Source: Phoronis australis (Eukaryota; Animalia; Phoronida). From it: a DNA stretch of 64,000 bases. Positions within the stretch are counted from its first letter, which is position 1; every line of letters begins with the position of its first letter. The notes beneath the pieces were generated by a model. That model was not told the DNA's origin. It searched no databases and saw nothing but the letters and a program-made list of their open reading frames with translations. The stretch spans positions 708,488 to 772,487 of the forward strand of contig NMRA01000156.1 in the NCBI GenBank assembly GCA_002633005.1, written 5' to 3'. Position numbers and translations under genes: made by a program. Of this stretch, positions 40,401 to 52,400 are shown piece after piece.

Positions 40401-43400
40401 ACTCCAAAGAAACAGACTGAGGAAAACGGAAAACAATTAAATTGCCCCCAGAGGGCACAGCGTTCGTTGGATCTGTCAGAAAGTCATCGGCCTCCGTTGT
40501 CAACTTCGTGTAAACACTCTTGCCAAGATCCTGCACTAGGTTTAGAAGATACAGCTATGGACACAAAAAAACTGCCACTATGAGATGCCACAGTAGTCGA
40601 AGTCATCGGAAAATCACCGTCAACCATCCTCTTCATACAAAAACATTTACGCAAATTTTCACAAACTTCCCTAGAGTGATTTGGTAGATAGAGGGGCGGT
40701 CGCCAAAAAACCGAATCGAAAACGGTAAAAATGGCCACTAGGTGGCACAAAATACATCAATTCCATCTCAAACCTTGAGAATACTATCAGTTCACTAATA
40801 GATGCCTATGTGCCAAATTTCATGAAAATCTATCAAGGATTTTTGAAGATACAGAGGTAAACATAAAAATAAATTGCCACTAGGGGGCACACCAGTAGCC
40901 GGAACTGTCCGAAATTCGCTGCCATTCATTGTCAGCTTCATGGAAACACATCTGCCACAGGTTTAGGAGATACAGCTATGGGCACAAAAAAAGGAATGTC
41001 ACTAGGAGACGCCACAGTAGCCAAAGTCGTCCGAAAATCATCGTAAACGTCCTCTCCATAATAAGACCATAATGCCAATTTTCACAATCATCCTTAGAGT
41101 GGCTTGGTTGATAGAGCAGCGGACGCCAAGAAACAAGATTCCAAAACAGTGAAAATGGCCACTAGGTGGCGCAAAATACCTTGATTCCACCCAAAAACGA
41201 GAAGACAGCGTCACCTCACTCATAAATGCTGATGTACCAAATTTCATAAAAATTCGTTGAGGACTTTTAAAGATAAAGTGATAAAGTTAACGTAAAAATT
41301 AAAATTGCCACCAGGGGACACATCGGTAGTCAGATCTGTCCTAAATTCGTTGTCATCTGTCGTTAGCCTCATAGGAACACATCTGCCAAATCTCATCAAG
41401 ATTCTTTAAGGGAGATACAGCTGCAGATGCCAGACGCCCCAACAGGGATGACGGCAATATGCACCCACATATAAGTATGTGGGCAAATAAAAATTACCTT
41501 CAAGGTCAGAATAAATACTGCAAAACATTACTTTTGACTACTTAAGGCATTGCTGATGAAGAGTTGAAGGTCAAAAAGAAAAGGAGGGGGTAATTTTCTC
41601 CTCAATCAAAAAAACTTCCCCTCTCAGAAGGCACAAGCACTCCCCCCCCTCCGCTGAGCAGTGGCTCAGTATACATACCGTTCTTTCTGCACTGCATCAA
41701 GCTCTCGCCATGTTTTGACCAACATGTCACGTCTGCTCTCATCATCTGCATCCTCATCTTGGATCGGATTCAGAGCACAAAACCGTAGAAAACCAGATGT
41801 TCTGTACTTGAGGTCTCGCTCCCCATGTTTCTTTTTCCACTTCTTGACCTGGATTAGACACAGAGACTTAACACTGGCAGAAATCCCATGTGGAAACTCT
41901 CAAACCTGAAATCTGTATCCACTCCATGAATATAACTGAACTGCTATAAATCAGCGCGCTGATATGGTATAAGTACGAGTTATTTGCTTTCTTACACACC
42001 ATCTGTTGGTCACATCATATGACCTAGAGTTAAGATTGAAAAGATTTCTGTCCCAGCTGGGACTTGAACCCAGGACTTACTCCTAACCGTGCAGACGCTC
42101 ACGTGCACTGAGCTACTGAGACAACCAGTCCATTACAAAAAAACAGTTCAATGGACTAAAGCGCCCCCGCCAGGACACAAATCTTTTCAGAGTTAACAGT
42201 AAGTCACATGATGTGACTAATAGATGGCGTGTACGAAGACTGTCTAATAATTCCTACACCTCCAGTCCAGTTTTAGCCAACGAAAACATTCAGTATATCC
42301 AGCGACTGACCTCTGACTAGTGCAATGTAAGCTTGTTCAGACCCAAGGACAGCAATGGCACCTTAGGCTAAAGGACGAGGGCAACATTACACTATCAAGG
42401 TCCTTACGCTTAGTACGGACTTCTTAAATCAGGTGGTAAGTGTTTCACATTAATTTAGCAGGGAATCATTTGTTGCCAGAATCATGAGAATACAGTCTAC
42501 AGGTTACCTGGGACAACTTACTTTTTTTGTACCCAGAACTTCAAAATTTGGGCCGAAATTAGTTGGAAGCTCATATACATGTTGTTCGAATGTGCAACAA
42601 AATAGTTAAGTTTTGGCACGTGACCGTCACATGAATGCAAGGACCTTAAACTGTGAGAGGGGCATTCAAATCCAAAGCCTTAACTTATCTTGATTCGTAA
42701 TCTTTAATGTGCTCTAGCCTTAGGTGAAAAGTAAAAAGTCAAGGTCACCTGCTTCTGTAGTTTCAGTGCCAGTTTAGTGTCCAGGTGTTTCTCAATTTGT
42801 CGCATCTGCTCGATGGGTATCAGCGCCTCCTGGTTGCTGATCAAGAATGGATACTGCTTGCATTGGAGGAATTGGGTCTTCAAAATATCGAGGCCATCTT
42901 CTCCGTACTGGAACTATTCAAAGGATTCACAAATTATGTATTCGTCATGATTCTGCTTGTTGGAGGCTGAACTGACTTCCATACTGATCCCAAATCTTTT
43001 CGGAACAGACAACACAGAATTGCGAAAAATGCAGAAAATAAGCTGGGTTCTCAAATGCATTCAGGATTCACAAATCGCACTCTCCTGCAGCAATTTGAAA
43101 GTCTGGTTTGTTTTCGGCTAGTCCAATTCCAAGAAAAAAGCCACAAGGTCAGCGATGATTCAAACAAGAATATTATGTCAGTGTTAGCTCTTTGAGGGTG
43201 GTGCCAAGGGGGAAGCATGGATATGGCAATGGTGGGGGAGGGTGAAACAGGTGGCTTCCGGGGATTTCTGCTTACCAAAACATTCCCATCTCAGAAGGCA
43301 CACACACAGTTTCCTTCTGGTAAACTATTGCCTCGACTAGAAAGATCTGACCTTACACTGGCAAAATTTTACAAATACAGTGGTCATACCTTGCAACACA

Positions 43401-46400
43401 TTTAGTGATTTTTAAGATACTCATCTCATCAAGCACACCCTAGTTTGAAGAATGTAAAGAACAGTTCATTACTGTACAACACCCACGCTATAAGGAATGA
43501 AACCCCAAACCAATAGGTCCTGGAAGTAACCTTGCCGCTTATACAACACACTGAAGAACCACTCCGCGCATTGCATAGTGGAAAACAATAACCATTTAAG
43601 AACAAATTCTGCGACTTAGATAACTATTTCTGAAAGTTGATTAAGCCCAGACAGCTGACTGTTTAAGATCCAATTCTGCGACTTGTATAACTACTTCTGG
43701 AAGTTGATTGAGCCGAGAAAGATAATTGTTTACGAACCAAAACTGCGACTTGCATAACTAATTAAATATGCGCGACGATTAAGCAGTAGTGAGCATTACA
43801 TAAAGCACATTTTAACGAGCAGTACTCGTTTAAACACCCTTTGTCTCTTCATAACAATGACGAGCGTACCTGAACCACACTGCCGTCGCTGTCCCTGGCA
43901 GTCAGGTCATAGTTCACTATAATGCCTTCCAGGTGTTTAATGATACACCTCTGCAGGTAACCACTACGACTTGTTTTTACAGCCGTGTCAACGAGACCCT
44001 GCAATGTACAGCACATTCTTGTTATAAAACGAATGGCCATCAATGCGTGTGGAAGTCCAAATTACAACCGACTTAATGTTAGACAGAAATACTACTGAAC
44101 ATAATGGAAGTTAAGAATTAAGAATGCCAAAAATAACCAGACGACCAGCACTATTTCATTCAGATTAGATGACACAAAATCATTCTCATCAAATAATTTA
44201 TGGTGATAAGATTCTATCTCTGTTACCAACTCAACATGCAATGCGTATGTGCGCCATTTTCAAATTCGCAGTTTTAGGGTTGGCCAATTCAAAGAACAAG
44301 GAAAACTAAGCTCACAGATAGCCACATTAAAAAAAAGCACAAACGGCAAAACTAACNAGCTCCCTATATTACAATGGAGCGAACTGCTCTTTGGTTGCTT
44401 TTGGATGGAGCCTCCCATATCAGGTGTTTCCTTTACTCAAGGTCGCGAGTTCGAGTCCCACTGGGACACACTGCTAGACCCTTGAGTCAGATCTCTAGCT
44501 CCTCAGCTCGGTTTTTAAGCTTATATTATTAAAGCATAGAAATCATTCCAAGTGAATAGTGCAATGGGCCCACCTGAGCGGCCTGCGTACGTCTGGTACG
44601 ACGTGTACCGCCCACATGCAATTAATCTTTTCTTGAAAATTAGTGAGCTAACCTTTCCTTCATGAGCCATATTGTGTGCTGGATAGGTGAGGAGTTACCG
44701 GGTCCAATAAATAGCACGACAGCATTGCACACCAATGGAAACGTGATGAGCGAAAAGTGATGGGCCTTTGTTGCTTTACTACGTTGATTTGAATATGTAG
44801 CAGACCTGCCTATCCAAATTTCGACCATTGTGTACAATCACTGCTGAAAACCTCAAAAATGTGTACAATCTGCGCTCCAATGGGTACAATCACGAAAACC
44901 GAATGCAAAAGATAAATTCTTTCAAATTTGTACCAAAACCACGTTTTATTACACAGAAGAATCAACGTCATGTGGCCAAAGTTTTATTTTTGCAGCATGT
45001 ACTAGACTAAGTATAAGCAATTGTTTATGGCTTTGTCGACTTATGGGGGAAGTTCGGGTAAATTCGGACGAAACCACCTAGCTCGACTTGCGTACCTGCT
45101 ACTGAAGGTTTATGTGTCAGCTAATAACATTAGACGAGCAATGGGATATCCGCAAATCTTTTGATAAACCAACCAATGAGATTCTTCGTTACTAGTTCAG
45201 TTTCAATGCCTTCGAATTTTAAGAATAATAACAATGGTCAAAATCGGGGAAATTAATACACGCCTAATGTACACCTCATTTCATAACACAACATATCTGC
45301 AAAAATGTGTTGATGAATCTGCACTGGACAATGTTTTGCATCAATATTTTCTTAACCATTCACAAAAGTTTTGAATAATTATTCATTGCAAGTGTCTGTG
45401 ATCACGTACCACCGTACTGCATGCGAAAAGACATTGAGTCGAGGCTTGACTCCTTGAGACCTCGAGGCTCAACTGTGACTCGAGTATTATCGTCAGCTCA
45501 ACACGCTATGAAGTCAGTGCAGTCACCATGTCCGCAAAAAATACCCCATACAACTTGCAGTATAAATTCCACGGTCCCTTGGATAAGACATTGTCATTCT
45601 TTGGAATAACGTCGCAAAAACAGATGTTCCCTTTTTCAGAAGCTACTTTCTTGACAGCTCGGAATATGCGACCACACGTGCTTTGCCACTTTGTCAACAG
45701 TACGTATTTAGCCGTAAATAGTCGGAATTAGACGAAGTAAGCAATCCACAAATCACATAAGTCGTTACTTATAGGTTAGGCCTGTGAAACACATGCCAAT
45801 AGAAGAGGCCTCGCGATATGCCGATTATCAGGCTATTTCAAAAATGAAACGGAGGAAGTTTTCCGAGTTTGTAGATCAACTTTTTAACTAAAATAATGAT
45901 TTTACAATATGTTTTTTCATTTCTAACTTTAAAAATCTCCTTCCTCGTCTGTTTAGGCTACAAATCTGCGAGAAGCAAGCGAATTAATAATCTCTTTTGA
46001 ATTTGCTGAATTTGCGTATTTTTACCTGGCCGTGCGTACTTGCATACTGGAGGCTTGATTTCCGTACGAATCCGCATTTTTTGCATATGGTACACAGGTC
46101 TGCTTGATTGTCCCATGTGACATTCGATTGTTTCATGGCAGGTTTCTTCACTGCCATATACGATATGAGTGACACGTGGTATAAACAAGAATATATGCGA
46201 CATGGGTTTTTCATACCAAATGATATTGTGAATTTCTTATGAACTTTCAGCAATAAGTTCATAGGAATGGAAGGTTCTGGTTTTACCGAGCAAGACAGAT
46301 GGTTTGTGCCATATCCCTTGGTTGAAATTACATTCTTTTATGAAATTTTTAAAAAAATGACGTGATGAAAACTATTCAGTGTTAAAGTATACCTACATCT

Positions 46401-49400
46401 GTCCATGTTAAAGAATGAAACTGACACGTGTAATTAAAACCAGAAATTTGCATTTTATGACAAATTGTGCTGATAATGGTCACTTGCAATGTTTTGTTTT
46501 CTAGTTTACAAAAGTCACATGTAATGAATTATTGAATTGTATATAAGAATTAATTCATTATTGTTTTAACTTTTAAATCCTTATAGAAATAGTCCCATAG
46601 CTGATTAGCACAAGTGTAACTGACAGTAAAATAACACTGCAACAAAACGAGCACTTTTTATGGCACAGTGTACTGGTTATACTCGTCTGCTTGATATTTT
46701 TGTCTCACTTTTCAAAGTCCGATGGGAGAAGTTTTTTGAAATCATTTCATGGAACAATAGAACTTTGATCACTCAAAATCCTTCATTGTCATTGTAGAAT
46801 GAAACAGATGAGTGCAATTTGTACCCTGGGCAATTTTAAGTCCCTTCGAGGAAGATTTAAAAATCATTTCACGAGACATCAGAACATTGATCATTCTCAA
46901 TCATCCATTGTCAGTGTGATTGAATATGTTTGTCTTGACTATTGCAATTATGCTCTTAACTGGTTATGCACATATTTTTTTAAATTACCGTTATCTGCAC
47001 ATCCACCACCTAAGGGTTGCAATGGCTCATACACCAGTTTTAAAATTAAACCCTTTTGGAGAACATTGCGGAAAGTAGTATAGGAAAATTTCATATGAAT
47101 CTGATCAGCCATTACTGAGGTACGATATTCTAGAGTTAGCCTCATTTGGATGTTTTCCTACAGCCCATAATAACCTTAATAACATTTTGTAGAAATAAGC
47201 TGAGAAAGTTCAAAATACCTTTAAAAAAGAAGTAAAATATCCTCTTGAAAAGATGACATTTCCCGACTCCCCTGTAACCACTAGGGCCAGGTGGGAATAT
47301 AAAACATGTTCACACAGCAAGTTGACACTGCGTCTTTCTCTCGTTCACACAACAAGTCCACATGCTAACCTGTTTCCCATTACAATGAAGTTGGTATGGT
47401 TGATTAAGGTTGTGACCTACCGCTGAACCTTTTGCCCCGGACTGCACCATGAGTTGAAGATTGTTGTCGGGAAATCGCTTAAGCAGGCCGTTAGGAATAA
47501 TACACCTGCAAATAGATGGAAGAGTATTTTAAGCAGTCTCTCAGGATGAAGACACGTGAAGACATCTGAATGGAGTCTGGTGCCAAGAGCTGTATTAACA
47601 TGCTTTAATGATATTGTATACAAATCAGTTCACAACCTGGTATCAGACATTTGAGATTGCAAATTAACTGACGAGACACTTTTCTCAACATTGCACGTAT
47701 TTTTCGAAAACGAACTGGTGTTGAGTAAATCTTATAAGGAATAATTAATAACGCGGTGTGAAAAAGAACACATACAGCGTTCAGGTGTGGTATTCTTACG
47801 ATAACACATATGGTGCGACAGCTGATCAAACGGCAAATTAGTCGCTATAATTGAGTGCTCAAAAAGGCTTTCCATCGGCAATCTTACCGATAATTAGCAT
47901 AGCATTAATGTGCAAAATGTTAACATTCTGGCCAATCACATGCGATCAACAGGGGCAAACAGAGCCAAACCACAAATCACGTCATTGGAATCTATACTTC
48001 TTGCCATACGAGATACATCTGCAGTTTTGATTTGAGTGCACGTAATAAGAAGGCACATGTGACATCTTGACAAGTGTTCAGTTTTGATTTTTTTCACTCG
48101 ACAGATCAGACGTGTGTTCTGCCTTTTCATTAGAATGCTTTCGAATGCTGTATATAACGGCATTTCAAGGAGTCCGATATTCACAATTACCACAAAGAAG
48201 TACGAGAAACCAGAATATACTGAACATCAGCTGGAGGTAGTCCTCCATAAAACAATTTAATGAAAATGTTTAATTCAGAAAATTCGCAGGTGACGAGAAT
48301 CTCAAAAACTTTTGATTCACAAATTGAATTCGCCATTATATTTTCAAACAAGGTGTTGACTCCAAACTACAAATGGTTCTGCATGTTTGGAACGTGCGAA
48401 CAACCGTGTTTGCATGAGGCACTGTGTCCTCAACAACAATACACATTGAATGTTTTTGCAGTGCCACTAAAGTGTGCAAGTAGTGAATACTGTATTCGCC
48501 TAATAAGCGACCATGCCCGTATAAGCGCCCCCCCAACGCGTTTACAGACTTCACTAAAATAAACGCCAAGTCCATGAACATGTACACGCGAAAAATGCCT
48601 TACCTAGAGTTCTGAAATTCTACAGTAATGTCTTCAATTTATCACTAAGATCTGACAGTCCTTAAGAAAGTCATTGAGCGCGGAATTTGCAGACCACGAG
48701 CCTCAGTCGCCAATATGTCAGTATTTAGCCGTGACTATACACTTCAAACTTCCGCCGTGCTTCAAAAAGAACGCAAAAGTTTTGCTGATCTTGCGAGGTA
48801 CATGTCCCACAGTGGCCTGGCCAGTCGATCAGAACAGGCGCAGCGGACTTGTCAAAAGGATTGTTTTGTATCTTTCCTGTACAGACTTCTCTCAACAGTA
48901 ATCCAAATTTCTTTGTATACGTGAAAACCGCGAATCGACATTATAATAAAAATTTGACCTTTGTTAAAAGCACGTGGCCAAGTAGCGCGCGCTACATACA
49001 AGTACCTGTCATTGGGAACTATCCATTCATGAAACAGGTAGCATAGCATCGGCAAGAGATAAATATTGGCACAAATTTCAGAAAGTTTCTGATACCGTAA
49101 AAACATTCTTGTTATTTTTAGGAGGAATCATTTAATTAATCACAATTGGTATTTTAAAAGTCACAATAACCCACTGATACTGAACACTTCTGCACCCCTA
49201 AACCCTCCCGAATCTCCCGGAAAACTGTTAGACTGTCACCCATCCTTTCACCAGGTGACTCACCGAAACAATTCTTGAACGTTCCTTTGCTGATGAGATC
49301 AACAAATGCTAAATAAAACACGGTCCGCTTTACTGCTTGTTACAATGCACACCAAGCAGATTGTTACATTGCGTTTACTTTGGCAAGCATGCACTGGGTC

Positions 49401-52400
49401 GCTCACATACTATGCAGACGAACTTCAAAATAAACGTCACGTGACAACAACATGTGTGTTTGTCCAGAGATTTTTCCTGTGTTGCGGGGTACGATCTAGC
49501 GCAGATTTGGACTTAATATGCAGTTAATATCGACTCCAAAGAAACTTAAAAATCTCAGAGACTATTTTGAAAACTTAAGGAAGGCTTCAAGTAATTTGTT
49601 GAGTCAAAACTATTTTTGTTGAAGAATTCAAGTTGCTTTATCGACGATCGTGAGGCAGCGATGCATCAATCAGCGAGTTTTCGCACTGGGATTTTAGCAC
49701 AATTTTCTGAAAAACGATCGTAATTTAACAACAAAGCTTGATAGCAATGCACCACAATTTTGTAAAAAACCTGTAACAGGTTACAGATACGTCACCGTGC
49801 GTATATTTGATGAATCCTAGCTTAAAGATTTCAGCCATTTCGGAGACCGGGTTTCAAGGGCTTAGGCTATAATAAGTGCCCCCCTCCTGAAACGAATTTT
49901 TCTAAGTGCCCTGGGCAAACGAGGCCACGTCGAAAATTATCAACTTAACAATGATCCCCATCAATTTACGTTAAATTTTCTCCATCTAGACAGTGTTAAC
50001 GAGATTAGAAACAAGAGCAACGCAGAGCGTTGAAATGCGCCCACAATTGCACCGCATACGGTATCCTTCTAGGGTTGTTTATTGGTACCATAAAGTGGCC
50101 AGTTGAGGGCATATATGTAGTATGTTGTACTTTGCAAAATGGAAAGGCATGGTCATTGTCTCCTCAATAGGCTAGGGGCAAAATGTGAGTGATCTTCATA
50201 ATACAAGCACATCCTATACACCAGTTGCTTAAAGCACCACAGAAACATAGAATTAAAAACAAATTTACCAACATACGAGATTAGCACAGCATTAGAATAC
50301 CAGAAACAAATTTCTACTTGGAACTTTTCCTTCATAGTCACGAAGTAACACAAAGTATACACCTGAAGACCTAAGAAAATACAGAGGTCAATGTAAAATA
50401 CTAAAATTGCCACTAGAGGCATACCGGTAGTCAGAATCATCCTAAAGTCGTCATCGTCCGTTGTCAACATCAAATAAATACACTTGTTAGTAAAGATCCT
50501 GCAAACGGTTTGGGAGATACAGTCATGGGCACAAAAAAAAACTGCCACTAAGAGGCGCCACAGTAATCAAAGTCATGGGAAATTCAGCGTCAACCGTCCT
50601 CTTCATAGTAAGAACATACATGCCAATTTCCACAATCATACTTAGAGCAGTTTGATTGATGGAGGGGTGGACGCCAAAAAACAGACTCAAAAACAGTAAA
50701 AATGGCCACTGGGTGTCGCAAACTAGGTCGAATCCATCCGAAAACAGGAGGATGGCGTCATCGCACTAATAGGTGCCTACATACCACATTTCATGAAAAT
50801 CTGTTAAGGACTTGTGAAGATACAGAGGTAAACCTAAAAAAATAAAATTGCCACTAGGGGGCACACTGGTAGGCGGATCCGTCCAAAAGTCGTCATCGTT
50901 TGTTGTTAACATAATATAAATACACTTATTAAATTTCGTAAAGATCCTGCGAACGGTTTAGAAGATACAGCCATAGGCGCAAAAAAAAACAAAACTGCCA
51001 CTAGGAGGCGCCACAGTAGTCCAAATCGTCTGAAAATCCTTGTCAGCTGTCCTCTTTATAGTAAACACATACACGCCAATTTTCACAATCATCCTGTGAG
51101 CGGTTTAGTTGATAGAGGAGTGGACGCAAAAATACAGACTCGAAAACAGTAAAAATGGTCACTAGGTGGCGCAAACTATGTCGAATCCATCTGAAAACGG
51201 GAGGATAGCGTCATCTCAATAATAGGTGCCTACATACCAAATTTCATGAAAATCCATTCAGGACTTTTGAAGATACAAAGGTAAGCGTAAAAAAATTAAA
51301 ATTGCCACTATTGGGCACACCGGTACTCAAATCCGGTAGTCGGATCCGTCCGAAAGTTCGCACATGCCGTCCCATTCATGAATGGAACATATGTGCCAAA
51401 TTTCATGAACGTATGTCAAAGTGTTTTGGAGATAGAGCAGCGGACGCCGGATGCCAGACGCCGGACGCCGCTCGGACGGACGCACGGACGGACGGAGATG
51501 ACGGCATAATGCGTCCACATATAAATATGTGGGCGCATGAAAATAGTGATAAGCCGTGGCAAGCAATGGCGGAGACACCAGTGACTTTGACATGAAGCAG
51601 TGTCCAACATTTATGACCTTGACTAGTATTGCACAACACTTCATAACCACTGGCAGACACCTAGGGCATTGACAAGCACTGACTGACACTAATAACTTGA
51701 CAAGCACTGACTGCCACTTAACACATTGAAATTAGCAGACATTTATAATAACCTTGAGAAACACTGGCTCACAGCCTCTGAACTTGACAAGTATTAGCTG
51801 ACATTGATGATGGTGACAAACATTTGGAATTCACATATAACAGACAGGCTTTGGAAAAACAAAACCCTTACACTTTAAATTGCCAGAAAGCAAGGAAATT
51901 CAAAATCCTTTGAAACTAAGAGTCGATCCATTTCCAATAACTGGGATACTTAAACAAGAACAGTTCAGCAAGTTAATATGCCCACATTTGGAAGTATTGC
52001 ACACATAAACAAAAAGCAAAGACAGGAAGCCTATGTTTGGATGGAGATGACACCAAAAACATGCACCCACCTGAAATTTTGTTAAGCGTCGACCATAGGA
52101 CTGGGTCAGATTTGTTTTCAGAATGTCCGATTGATTTTACTTTAGTTCTGACCAGACATTTGCCCGATTCAGTTTTGGGAATAGACAATGTAGACAGATT
52201 TCGCTCCCTTTGCTTCAAATGTTTTTGTCGCAAACTTGATGATTCAAGGTAAAGAACCAATTAGTTCAGAAGTTGTTCATTTTCTTGGGCCAAAGTTCAG
52301 TTGCCATACTCCAATGGCAAATTTCATTCGGCCAATTTTCAAAATGTTCTCACAGATTTTGACACTTCAGAACAAATGTCTACACCTAGAAAAAATAGCA

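Noticed and set aside
42049-42122. Functional tRNA-Thr gene
   Set aside because: The anticodon stem is mispaired, the anticodon is atypical for eukaryotes, and it is embedded in a repeat; kept only as tRNA-like.
45060-45095. RA/GGFV-like stretch on - as the missing POLR1A exon
   Set aside because: It needs a frameshift and is not followed by RFLTG or FFHCMAGRE; a chance match.
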